DNA from: Takakia lepidozioides
Lineage: Eukaryota; Plantae; Bryophyta
Reading direction: 5' to 3'
NCBI GenBank assembly: GCA_030704615.1
Contig: CM060733.1
Span: 75,268,001-75,332,000 of the forward strand
DNA length: 64,000 nucleotides
Positions 37,424 to 50,200 of this stretch are shown piece after piece. The number at the start of each line of letters is the position of its first letter. Within the stretch, counting starts at the first letter, position 1. The notes beneath the pieces were generated by a model. It searched no databases and had not been told where the DNA came from. It saw only the letters and a program-made list of their open reading frames with translations. The position numbers and the translations under genes were made by a program.

Positions 37424-39360
37424 AGAGAAAAATAAACGGAAAAATACAAGAAGATGCCAGAAAGTATGGATCGAAAGTAAGAGAACAAGAGTGTGAAATA
37501 GCAAAGCAACAGAGGAGGCAAGTGAGTGTGAGATGAGAAGGATTGTCACAGGGATATATATACACACACAAAACCAAACTACCGTCCATAGCAAACATGC
37601 TAGGTTCGGTGGGCAGCCAGACCAAAAACAAATCTGTTCATTACTCCGCAATTATGGCAAACCTACCTAGAATCATCTACATTAATGGCCCACGATGTTG
37701 CCATGGCAGAAATTACAACGACATTAATATGATTTGAACTGACGAAGGTGCAATACATTTCATCGAATACCTGTGGTAAATCAGTGCCTTTATGCGTTGT
37801 GAACCAACCCGGGGAACCTACGTTTGACGGAGGTGGAAAGCACATCATCAATAAAAGATGGGGCACCTACGTTCGCCAAAGGTGGGTTCCTGATAAGTGA
37901 GATGATGAAGTCTTCATCCACCTCATTTCCAATATTGTTGTACCACATTTTCCTAACACTACAATATGAAGCACCTTCGTTCGCCAAAGGTGTGGTGGAA
38001 TTAAGAGAGAAAAGTCATAAAAGAGTGAGGGGGTAAAGGGAGAGATTATAGAGCAGTGGTTGCTGCTCCCCTCACATGAGTGAAGGACGTCAGGCGCAGG
38101 AAAACCCAGAAGGGCCTGTGACCTCAATTTTAATAGTTAGGTACAAATGATGTGTCAATCCAGGGGAGGGTCCTCTGAAGCTAAAAAATATCCAATCATT
38201 TTCAGTCAAGAATTTCACCATGAACCCTGCGAAATCCATGAGAGGTCCCTGCGAGTCATGTTTTAGATATAGATGGTGCGTCTTTTATTTCCAGTATGGG
38301 GTCCACCGAAGCTCAGAAGTATCCAATCCTTTCCATTGCTATTTGAATGGCCGGGTTCGAGCCGATGTCCTCTTTAGACATAGCCAGAGTGTGGTCCTCT
38401 GAGGTGCAGAAAGTATCCAATCTTTTCCGCTGATATATGAGCACATGCAAAGTATTTCCAAGACCGTAATAGAAATTAGAATAACCAAGCTGCCACAAAC
38501 CATATCTTCTTTCATCATCTAGGAGATTCAAACCCATTCCGGTGGGGGAAAATGGATGGTTTTGAAATGTTTTGATCTGGGACTCAAACTCTCTCCGAAG
38601 AGGGAGAGATGATGGTTTCGCAAATTTATTGTCTGGATTTTTGCTCAGGAAACTCAAACTTTCTTTGTTGAGGGCGAGTGGATGGTTTTGAGACTTTGTG
38701 ATCTGTTTCTCTTTCTTTGATAAAGAAGTCACATCAAAATAATGTACATATGTACAGCCAATAAGGGGGTCGCTATTAGATTTCAGTTTAAAATGTGCAA
38801 CCAGAGATTTTGGGTTCTTCCACACTCGGGACGAGTGTTCCCCATTGGTCGCCGTATATGTCGATCAATTTTTCAGATCATAATTTAGAATAGCATATTT
38901 TCTATACATTAGTATACATTTTATGGAGTTTAGTACAAAATCATAGTAGGAATCTTAAAGAAAATGGAATACAACAATGGCGGAGCTGGAGTAGCTATCG
39001 GAGCAAGCCAGATGGGATGACAACTTCTTCCTCAAAGAAGACGTTAGAGGGTCGCTACAATAACATATTCCAGGAGGATATGAAGAGGTGCCTCGCTCGT
39101 ACTATTTACCATTGAAATATGTTTGTAAGGAATGGCAGAATGCTTTATCAGTGGTCGATGACGAAGGCCGCAATGACGTCCTTGAGATCCGAAAACGGGT
39201 GAAAATCAACGAAGAATAGTTATACATGCTAGCTGGGTCTGCACACAATGCCCAGCCTGCCATAGGTAAGCAATAGTGGCGGACGTTTGGTTCCGTTAGT
39301 ACGCGGCACTGGCGATGTCTGCCGGACTGCCCCATGGATTACACTTTTGAGTCAGCAGTT

Positions 39361-39536
39361 TGTCGTGCGCATACATATCGCTACACAACTACATCGTTGT
39401 CCAAAACCACATAACACATGTGCACACCACACACTAGTATACCACTAGTCCACCACAAGTCCAGCCACTAGGCTACAACTAGTCAGTCACTAGGCTGCCA
39501 CTATGCTGCCCACTATGGCAGTCACTAGTCCACACA
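39361..39536 (-). repeat. Extra partial LTR copy in tandem with the 3' LTR
   Basis: 39361..39536 is a near-identical direct repeat of 39868..40043 (TGTCGTGCGCATAC...GTCCACACA). Confidence 0.9.
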
Positions 39537-39539
39537 ATA

Positions 39540-40043
39540 GATAAAGAAGAAGAATACAAGCTCAAGCTCATGCGAGCTCACAAAGCTGAAGCATAAACTC
39601 ATGCATATATAACCTCATAAATCAAATACAAGTCAAGCCAAGTGCACCCCACGCCATGGGGAATCCACACTACGGCGCCATAGCTAGGCGCGGTGAGGCT
39701 CAACTCGAGAAAGATGAGCCTCCCGCGCTTGCCGTGAAGATAACCACTCCAGGGCCTAAATCTGCCTTGACCCCTGGATTGACACTTGGGCCAATCCCAA
39801 ATGTCAATATGTAAAAACTAGCTATTTCCTAGCTAGTTTCACACTAGTGGTAAAATAACTTGACAGCTGTCGTGCGCATACATATCGCTACACAACTACA
39901 TCGTTGTCCAAAACCACACAACACATGTGCACACCACACACTAGTATACCACTAGTCCACCACTAGTCCAACCACTAGGCTACAACTAGTCATTCACTAG
40001 GCTGCCACTATGCTGCCCACTATGGCAGTCACTAGTCCACACA
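39540..40043 (-). repeat. 3' LTR (~505 bp)
   Basis: GATAAAGAAGAAGAATACAAGCTC... matches 63792 onward. Ends CACACA (minus-strand TG start) next to the PPT. Confidence 0.88.
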
Positions 40044-40303
40044 ATCGCCCCCCTAGCTGGTGCTTAGGTCCCTCTAAGTCCAGGTAGCCACAAGATGTGA
40101 CAGTGACCATAGCCTCACTAAGTCCTCCACCACTATCCCTACTACACTCAAACTCGATAGATCAAGAGGCCGGGTGCAAGAGTTGCCCCATCGTTAGTCG
40201 CCGTCTTGCAACCTGTGAACTTGAGCTTGGGATCTCATGTATTGACTCCTATGAGCTTGGCCTCCCATGTCTTGTTAGCTGCCTCCAGTCATGTCCACTG
40301 CCA

Positions 40304-41380
40304 CTATCCCAAACAGTGTGGACACAACCAATCTCCGTCAAGAACCTTCTCAAGAGGTGGTGTCAAGCATCCCATATGCCAACCCCTTGAGCATCGATCA
40401 CACACCAGCATGGTGGCTGCCCCTTTGGCAGACCCACAAAGCATGCACCTCAAACCTGCAGGTACCACTGCCAAGTTTGGGTCAACTCTGCCATCGATAT
40501 TGGGAAGGTGACATGGCGCACAATTATGCACATGGTCCTTCCAAGTTATGTCATCCCGACCCTCCAAGATCAGAACCCCTGAGGGCAACACCTCTCGAAC
40601 CCTCAGAATAACACGCCCTGCAGTAACATCTAGAGTCGTAGGAGCAGTCTGCTGCAAATAAACATAGTCACCAGGGCTAAACCTCCGAACCCCAGGACGA
40701 TATCCTCCACCACGTATAGTGGCATACCTCAACGTATCACGGTGCTGTGCAATGGCAAGGTTCTCAAAAGCCATGGGCATGACTTTCTTGAACAACTCTG
40801 CACGCTGGTTACATGCACGTACCCACACGTCCGGATCGTCAAGGTTAAGGACTTGAGCAGTGTCCCTATGAATGGTTGCAGGCAAATCCGGCTCTCGGCC
40901 AAAGAGAAGGAAATATGGTGAGAAGGAGGCAAGTGATGCTTGTTTGCTGAACCTGTAGCCCATGGCTAACCAAGGAACCTGAAGATCCCAATCTCCTAGG
41001 TGTCCCTTCTGCAAGCCATACTTGCGCAAACCCCTCTTCACCGTCTGAACAACTCTCTCTGCTAAGCCATCGGCCTCAGGATGATCCCGAGAAGTGGTGC
41101 GGTGGTCTATCAAGGCTTTATCACACAAAGCCTGAAACTCCCCCAAGAACTCTCTCCCTTGGTCCGTGAGTACCTCAGCTGGAGCACCAAATTGGCTAAG
41201 CACACGATCCAATAATGCATACGCAGCCCCCTCACTAGCATTGTCAAGACTCCACCTGTAGCCCAATCCCATGATTGGTAAATGATGCAACTGTGGTGTA
41301 GGGGTGTTGAATGAAGCACGCACCCTGTCACACACCATGCACCTAGCCACAAACTGTTGCACCTCTGTATGCATACCACG
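40304..41380 (-). pseudogene. pol: Gypsy integrase core + C-terminal PHD finger (3' part of pol)
   Basis: CMVC (second half of HHCC), WSLD, TDQGREF, HPEADGLAER. Terminal C4HC3 CMLC...CDRCSRGWHMGC...WLCPHC. About 35 aa appear missing after WSLD. Confidence 0.9.
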
Positions 41381-41409
41381 CCAAACTACAACAGATGAGC
41401 GTTTTTATG

Positions 41410-42010
41410 ACTTCACATATGACTATTTTTTCAGTCTTATATGCGTTCATGACTACATCACTCTGTAGTGAAAAAAACCCTGTCATAGCGACTAGTCTTT
41501 AGGATTGCGTTTTGCAAGTCATATCCATGACTGCTTGCGTGGCACCTGGAGTCCTGCTGCAGAGAGGGTTGCAGTCACAACTATATGACTAATATATGAC
41601 TATATTGTCTGTTGAGCGCTGCCTACATGGAGAGGCTTCAGCGGGACACGTGCGCCACTGCGCAAGCGACACGTCATGCATTCGTCAGGGGATCATATGA
41701 CTATATGTCTGCAAAGTGATGCCTACATGGAGAGGCGACGGATGGACACGTGCGCCACTGCGAATTTGACATGTCACGACTTCTTGCCATGATCATATGA
41801 CTACATGTCTGCACAGTGATGCCTACATGGAGAGGCGCTAGCGAGACACGTGTGCTATGGCAGATTTCACACGTGGTGACTACATGACTCGCTCATATGA
41901 CTACAGGGATGTCTACATGGAGAGTTGTTAGCGGGACACCTGTTGCACTTGAGATGTGACATGTGGCACACAGACAAAATATATGACTAGCATATATGAC
42001 TACGGATCTT
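41410..42010. repeat. CACTA subterminal repeats (ATATGACTA motifs; ~100 bp units with CTACATGGAGAGG..GACACGTG)
   Basis: Four units at ~41620, 41720, 41820, 41910 and many ATGACTA/TAGTCAT motifs; mirrored at 13810-14400. Confidence 0.85.
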
Positions 42011-42557
42011 TACACGTGGTGAAAATATGGATAAAGAATGTCGTGTCATATACTGCCACGTGTTCTGGTTTGAGCAAGAGTGATGCCACGTGTCATCAAG
42101 ATTGTTTTCCGAAATAGTTTATATTTTTAATGTTCATATTTTATTTTTAGTTTTCATTTAATATTTAAAAGAACAGGGAGATTGCAGCCTTGGATTTTTT
42201 TTAATGGTATTATTTTTAATATTATTATTTAAAATGAAAGTGAATTAAATGATTTAAAATCTTCATTACATGGTGAAATTCCAACATGAAAACAGAATGG
42301 ATCCCTCCTGCATACTATCAACCACAAGGAGAATGAAAATAGTCAACTACAGGGCAATACAAGCCCTATAAATCACATTACAAAAATCCAAATGAGACCA
42401 ATATCCCAATGGACACCTCAAAAGCCACAAGGTCAAAAAATCCATGCCTCAAAAGGCCCAGCAAAAACAAGCAAGCCCACACATGGGCTGAATTGTTGTA
42501 GCTAGTATGTTCTAGTGCTATTAGAATCAAGAACTCTGTTAAACAGTGCAATACTGA

Positions 42558-45500
42558 CTATCCCTTCCGCAGCTCCATAAGTTTCAGTAACTTTAGACTC
42601 CAAAGTGTTGTCTGGCCAACCACCTGCCCCAACTCGGTCTGTTTCCTAACACCATTCACATATGGTAGAGGGGTGTTACTGACACATGCCTCTTTGATGT
42701 ACACACAGGCATAATCAAGGGGCACAGCAGGGTACCCGTAACCCACCACAGCACCTTGAAGAGCAACAATCAGCCCTACTCCACATTTCTTGCGTTTGGA
42801 GTTCACATCCAACAGCCGAACCTCGTCACCCACCCTGAACTGTGATCCCAACTCCACACAAAAAAGAACACGATGTGAAAACCCATGACATACACACGAC
42901 TAGGACACTCAACATTTGCGAGTTAAAGAGAGCCCCAAGGTTGGAAAAAATATAACAGACAAGACAACGGCCTGGACTTACTCCATTTGCAGTCTCCAGT
43001 GGTGGTGAGACCTCTTTTGGGGGGCTACTCGCCGGGTCGACACTCTTGCCCCTCGTCTGTACCGGCTTGTCGACAATATCACCTTTGTTTGTCACAAGTT
43101 CCTGTGTCACAGACCAGAGATCAACCAGGAAAGCAATGAGCAAACAGGAATAGTGAATAGAAACAAAATCCAAGTATGAATCAAAAAAAAAAACCAACAT
43201 GAAAAGCTGCAAAGAAAACCTAGCATTAATCAAGCAACCGAGGAGAAGCATCCAGGAAAGCAATGCAATGAATGAACCCACAAAAATGTAGCCTCTGGAG
43301 CACTGTCAGAATGTTTGTACCTTCACAGTAGCAGTGTTGTATGGTTGTTGTCCGAAAACAGGCTGAGACTCCAAAAACTTGGGAATACTGGCAGCTTTCG
43401 ATGCCTTCCACAAGAAAGGCCACAACACCTCTGTTAGATACTCATCAGTTGGTGAATCTGGTTGCACCTTCCATGGCTCTGGAAAAATCCCACTGAAGGG
43501 AGGATTGTTTGCCGCCTTTCTTGGTGTGTCGTCAACAAGAACAGTGTCCTCATAAGTCCATTCTGGCCAGTCTGCCCACACTGTAGACAAGTTCTTGAAA
43601 TATAATGGCTTTGAATCAGACCCCTTACGGCATGGGAGGACTGGATCCTCGTCACAGTGAAGGGCATCCCACTGGAAAACCAGGTTAGTGTGGGCTGCAA
43701 AAATATAGTCCACCATTGGGAAGAAGTTGCGAGCTTGGCAACAAGACCACACCGCCACCTCAAAGTGTTCAAAACACTTTTGCAAAAAGTCATAACAGCG
43801 TGGTCTCAAAACTACCATCTTCTTGCCACACATCTTCCCCACAAAACCTTTGGGAAGGGATGCAGGCCCATTAGCAGAATGAAAAGATTCACATAACAGA
43901 CCATTTAAGTCCAGAATTAGTAAATGCTTCCTCGTTGGTCCAGGAAGTAAACTGACATTTGGCTTCAACATGTGAGCAGGAGAAATTAAAGCAACCTGCT
44001 TGTTTGTTTTGTCCCCGTCTGCATCTTCCTCCCCATCTAAACTCCCACATACCTGCATACCAGAATCCGGTGTGCCCGGCGGCTCTGTCACCATTGCCCC
44101 CTGGACTGCTACTGCCTTTGTACGTGGCAAGGGCTGAATTTCCACGTGTACCTCACAGCTGGCCTTCCCTGTATCCTGCTGCTGCTCGGTCAAATTCAAA
44201 AGATCATCAGTGACAGGAAGACATAAGGGCTTAGAGTGAGCACCAGTTACCGTCTGAAATTGGGATTCCAAACATTTTGATACTGTCACAGCAGACGTAT
44301 CCATCGTAGATGTCACTGGTCCTGCGCCTGGTAGATTAATCCCCAATCTGGTCACAATGGCTTTCTGGTACTCAATCATACTCTGCATCTGTAATTTTAA
44401 TTCTGCCATGTCACGTCCTTGTGATTCCACCAGTTTGTCCAAGCCATCCATCCTGCCAACTACTGTAGAATATGCGAGACTTCCCTCCTGCCAATCCATG
44501 AAAACTTGCCCAAGTATGAATCAAACCAAAAAAACCTAGCATGAACAACCATTGGAAAGAAAACCCAGGCCAAAAGCCGTGAAAAAAACCCTAGCAACCT
44601 ATGATGCAGCAACCACTCTAGCAAACGTGGAAAACACACTTACCCGCCTGTCACTCCCAGCTGACAACCGTGACACTGAACCCTCTTGAATTTCATATAA
44701 TGTAGGAGGGCACCCTGATAGTGTTTCCTACAAATTAATCCATGCCACAAACAAACCCATGCCACAAGTCAGTAAGCAATGTGAGGGCTGACTATATACA
44801 CATAGCAATTCAATGAGGAACAAAATACAGAGTCGTGATGATGCCACTTACCAAGCGTGCTTCCACCATTGCCTTCCCACCACGGCCAGTCTTGGTAGGA
44901 TTCAGAATTGCACCATTTGCCTTCTTCATGTTGCCCGACACTTTGTGGAACACCTCTGTCTGCCAGTAACTTACAAGCTTGTTCCATACCTCGTCAGATA
45001 CAGTAATGGGTTTCCCCTTACCACCCAACCACGCAGTGTGTGCTTCATAACGCTGGCTCTTCATTATTCTGCCAATTGTTTGTTTTAGGTGGAAGTCTTT
45101 TAACTCGTGCGGCGTATATGAAAATAGCTTAGCCAGGTGATCTCTGATTTCGTATACAACTTCATCAGGTTGGTTGTTGATGGCAAGGGAACAATCTAGC
45201 TTGCGATAAGCCTGTCCTTTAAGGGCAGCGTGCCATACATTCCGGGTCTGACCATACGGGGCTCCTTTGAGGTTCGTCAAAATCACCGTGGGAGGAAGAC
45301 CTGCAGCTATTCTCTCTTCCTTGACCTTGGCAGCTTCAATTTTGGCTGAGCTATTAGCCCTCCTTAAAGCATTGGTTCTATCATTCTTTGAAACGGCACC
45401 CTCCCCTCCTTCAGAGACCTCCGTGCGCTCAGGAGAATTCAAAGCAGGATCCTGCCAAGTAGGGACTGGTGGCCATGGTTGTTGGCCAGAAGGCCGAGGA

Positions 45501-46700
45501 CCATACTGGCCATACTGTCCATAAGCAGGAGGATATTCCGGTGGCCTGCCACCCCCATAGCTATTAGGGGGTGGCAAATATGGTGGAGGAGGATACTGGC
45601 CATACTGCCCATATGGAGGAGCACCATATTGACCCTGACCATACTGAGTGCCAGACTGTGGGTACTGAGGCATACCATAATAAGGTGGGGGTACTGGTGG
45701 CACAGAACCCACAACGTTGGGAGAGTTAGGGCCACCTCCTGCGTTCTTGTGGGCGCCATCTCCATTGCTAGCAGCAGGGATCGTGGATCCAGTGCGCTTG
45801 TGCTTGCCCTGAAAAGAAATTCCCCCAGTACAATGTGGGTGATTACACATACATATAGGCAGCAAGCAGCAAATCCTTGAATTCAGGCAAAACAAACTGG
45901 AAGCACATATCATTTGTAAAGACAAGATTACCCAAAACTCAGTATGATCTTGGGCAGTAAATCTCCCAAATTTGATTGGCCCCAATGATGTCCTCCCAGT
46001 ACATTTTTGAGCCCTCTTAGGTATGGGGTGTTCCTGAAATCCATAGCAAGAATTCAAATGGACAAACCTGATGGGTCCATGAGAAGTATCCCTCCAAGTT
46101 TTACTGATATTCTGGGTGCATAAGTAACCCAAGTATCTCTATAAGTAGCCATTGTAGCTTAGTACCAGGACGTTGGTTTCATGGGGCAAAGAATTTGAAC
46201 ACACCTGAAGTCTACATTGGCCTGACATCATGCCTTTGGCACTTCAACTTGTCTAGTGGAAATCATTTGTGATTGTGCCTTGGCTGACCCCTGCATTGTC
46301 CAACTTCCCTGTCTTGACAGACATACCCTATCTCTTCGTGATTTTACCAAAAACATACATAATTAGAATCATGGTCATTGTGAAGAACTATAACTCACAG
46401 ACGGAGAAGGTGTTCGTAGTGTAGATGATGGGCGTTTTTGTCCTGCGACATGAGCATGGGCATGTTCTCCTCGGCTTGCCGTGGCATCCGCCGACGACGC
46501 ACTCGCCTCGCACTGGCGTGGGAGGAGTGGATCGTCCTCATCGTCCTCAGAAGAGCCCTCATGCAGAATCGTAGTCTTCATCGTCTTCAGTCTGGCACTT
46601 TGCCTTGCAGGACCTTGATCCCTACCTTTTTCCTTCGGAGCGCGTGGCTTGCGAGGGCGATTCGCTCCCGCAAGCCTGCACAAACACCTCCATGACCTCC
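42558..46700 (-). CDS. CACTA accessory (TnpA-like) multi-exon gene with Ptta/Transposase_24-like region, FCP1/NIF-like HAD phosphatase domain and C-terminal Tnp1-like domain
   Basis: 44810..45810: Pro/Gly/Tyr-rich region then KP..VSDEVWNKLVSYW...KKAN..TGRGG. 43306..44499: LLILDLNGLL, RP..YDFL..CFEHFEVAVWS, KNLSTVW, TVLVDDTPRKAANNP. 42558..42850: PLPY...LGQVVGQTTLW. Long open exons; exon joining inferred. Confidence 0.7.
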
Positions 46701-47277
46701 CTCTCAAACAATCACAAACAAATGTAAGCATACATACCCTAATACTCTTAAGCCTACGCTGAACCACAGCCGCACCCTACCAGGACGTAATGCCTGCCCA
46801 CGAATGACGGCGGACATCTCCCGCCTAATGACACACCCTCCTCAAACCTAATCGTCACTCACTGCATGTTGTTTGCCTCTCTGTTTGTACAAGTCGCAGC
46901 TACTCGCCCCCATTTGTGCTATGAAGCTTATGATCGCTGTAGGAAGGTTAGAGGATAAGGCAAATCGCAAGTTTAGTGGGTGGGTATCCAAAGTCAGGAA
47001 CTAAACTCACCCATCTATCGACTGCTTGAACGTTGCTTCCACCTCCTTTATGGCAGCAATCCGGCGCTCTCGGAACTTCTCGTACTCAGTGAGAGGGACT
47101 GTCACTTCGAAGACCTTCCGCTTCACCATGGACACTCAGAAACGATACTTATAGTATACTATAGATATAGAAATAGCACATTGGCAGCTGGTGCAAAACT
47201 AGAGACAATGCACTGTGCGTAGCATGCAAAGAGGGAAGGGGTGACGTTCAAAGCATGTACAGTGCAGGTGGCGAACG

Positions 47278-50200
47278 GATGCGTAGGCGTAGAATAGATG
47301 ACCGTCTATGGCGAATGGAAGAAGCTTATGCCACAAGGAATGGGCATACAAAAATGCTATGCAACTGCGATGAGTGTCATGGAGGAAAAGTACTCTTGTT
47401 GGAAACAGTGAGGAATCATTACATGATACACGGGAGGGATCCTCTTCTCCAACGCTGTTCTCTTCCGGTAAGATCGCCACTTTCCCTTCAGCACTTTAGT
47501 TTGAATTTTGAATGCAACGATCCTCTTCTCCACATGTCGACATTTCGTTGGGTGATTGTAGTCAAGAAGTCATAAGATACAGACGTGAGTATGACTACGC
47601 CACTTCCGTTATCACTTTAATTAATGCACATGTCGTGTTTTCATTGGTCATGTGTAGTCATGTAGTCATATATGACTAAGTAAGTGACTGCAACTATGAC
47701 TTCAATGGTTACAAATGTCGTGTTTTGATTGGGTGTATATTCATAAGATACATACGTAAATATGACTGCATCACTGCAACGTCACCGTGCCTCCTATGTC
47801 ATAATATGAACAAGTGTCACATCGTTGTTGGTCCACTCACAAGATGACTATTGGGATGCAGGGATGTGAATATTCAGATGATGAAGACGAAGGCCCTGCG
47901 GCACAGCGGGAGCCCAATGTCACAGAGAACGCAGATGAGAGTGGTGGATTGGAGGTAGAAATGCAGCGTGCATTGCAGGAAGCGTTTCTCTTTGCAGATG
48001 CAAACAGAGAGGACCCCATTCATGGTGGAACCGATCACACATTTGCCGATCATGACGATGATCTCGACGATTCCGGAGACAATGAATTTGATGAGAATGC
48101 TCACCTGCACGTTGATCCCGAGTATGATAAACTCTTCCGAGCGTCGCAATGTCCACTTTTTGAAGGGTGCTCCATCAGCCGGCTGCAAGCAACTTTGACG
48201 TTGCTGAACGCATGCACTACCCACAAGTGCACCAATGCATTTGTGGATGAGCTTCTGGGATTGTTGCGTAAGAGTTTTTTGCCTAAAGAGAATTCATTGC
48301 CGAAAACTCACTATGAAGCAAAAACCATGATTGCCAAGATGGGATTGCAGTACACGATGATTCATGCCTGTGAGCGTGGTTGTGTACTCTTCCGTGGGGA
48401 GTATGAGAATGTAGACATTTGCCCAGTGTGCCGCAGTTCCCGTTACATTCCAGGTCGTGGAAGTGTGCCCAAGAAAGTATTGCGACACTTCCCTGTCATT
48501 CCAAGGTTGAAACGTATGTACCGATGTAAATCGATCGCTAACCTCATGACATGGCACGACAGACATAAGAGCCAGGATGGGTTGGTTCGACATCCAGCTG
48601 ATAGCAAAGCATGGAGACACATTGACACCACATTTGCGGATTTTGCTGCAGAGCCACGATCTCTGCGATTTGGATTGGCCTTAGACGGTGTAAATCCCTA
48701 CGGAGCTCAATCCACAAGTTGGAGCACATGGCCCGTTCTCTTGGTCAATTACAATCTGCCTCCGTGGTTAATGACCAAAAAGTTCTTTGTCATGTTAGCG
48801 CTACTGATTCCTGGTAAGGAGTCTGTTACCTCGGACAACGTAGATGTTTACCTGATGCCCCTAGTGGAAGAGCTATTGGAACTATGGAGAGGGATTGCAG
48901 CTCATGATGTTTCCCGTCCTCGTGGTCAACGCGAATTCACACTGAGGGCAGTGTTGATGTGGTCAATCCATGACTACCCTGCATATGGCTTGCTCTCAGG
49001 TCAAGTGACGAAAGGTTATGCTGGTTGTCCAGCTTGTGGACCCGGGGTGACTTCACAGCAGTTACACACATGTGGAAAAATTGTTTTCCTAGGCCACCGA
49101 AGATTTTTGGCCCGCAATCATCCATATAGAAGGTCAAGAATGTTCAATGGCGCTACTGAGCATGGAACTCCTCCAAAAACGCAGACTGGAACACAAATCA
49201 AGGACCTTGCAACAGCTCGCACTGCATGGGTGGAAAACGGAGGGACGCCAGATAGCAGGACAGACCCAGCAAAAACTCATGGAGTTAAGCGATTGTCAAT
49301 TTTATATGTCTTACCTTATTGGGAGGTAATTCCTTCATGGCCTTTAAATTGGCTGTGTACATTTTTGCGTTTTCTGTTTAAATTGTGATGAGTAAATGCT
49401 CAATTGCTTATGTGTTCATTTTGTAGGGTCTCCTCATCCGCCACACGTTTGACGCAATGCATTGCGAGAAGAACTTGGCTGAAAATATTATTAAAACTAT
49501 CTTTGGTGAGAAAGACACATTGAAAGTTCGCCGTGATTTGGAGCTACTTGGGATGCGCCCGGAATTGTGGCTACAACGTGATCCTGACAGAGCAGATACG
49601 TTAATTATGCCTCCTGCCCCTTATGTCCTCACTGAGGCTGAGTTACAAGTCTTTCTGGAGATTGTGCAGAACTTGAAAGTGCCAACAGGCTACGCATCAG
49701 CTTTCAAAAAGCATGTGGTGAAGAAGAAGTTGTCAGGCATGAAATCACATGACTATCATGTGCTCATGCAGCAAATTATACCGCTTGCTATCCGTGGGCT
49801 CATGCCAAGTGGTCCTCGAAGGGCCATTTTGCGAGTATGTCGTGTATTTAAGAAGTTGTGTGCAAAAGTGGTGAATCCTGTAGAGTATGAGGAATTGAGA
49901 ACTGAAGCAGTTCTCACTCTGTGTCTTATAGAGAAGGAGTTCCCACCATCATTTTTTGATGTGATGACACATCTGGTTGTTCACCTAGTGGATGAGTTGT
50001 ACTTATGCGGGCCCGTAGCATCTCGTTGGATGTACCCCATGGAGCGGGCAATGAAAGATATGAAGGGCTACGTAAGAAACATGGCAAGGCCCGAGGGGAG
50101 CATGGCAGAAGGATACCAATTTGAAGAAGCATTGGGTTTTTGCACAGAGTATATGGCAGGATTTGATGGAAGTGTACGAAGGGTGTGGGATGCAGATGAG

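Larger units (their letters stand above)
15500..39360. mobile_element. Putative element E3 (boundaries uncertain), interrupted by E2; carries a third ParB-MTase-like gene and ACCTTCG-N5-CGAAGGT palindromes
   Basis: The same 19-bp palindrome family occurs on both sides of E2 (15712, 17819, 17975, 18178, 18346, 22415, 22615, 23155 | 35912, 37816, 37865, 37973). Homologous gene at 16.8-22 kb. No TIR/TSD or transposase identified. Confidence 0.5.

Noticed and set aside
39060-39220. F-box-like fragment (LKYVCKEWQNAL)
   Set aside because: Only a few residues match, there are upstream stops and no supporting ORF.
39361-40043. DIRS/Ngaro-type split direct repeats
   Set aside because: Element has a DDE integrase, protease and PPT, and no tyrosine recombinase.
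13138-42672. One giant element bounded by 1.3 kb inverted repeats
   Set aside because: The CACTA termini face inward, and the right copy is part of a complete element with its own TSD; these are two independent insertions.
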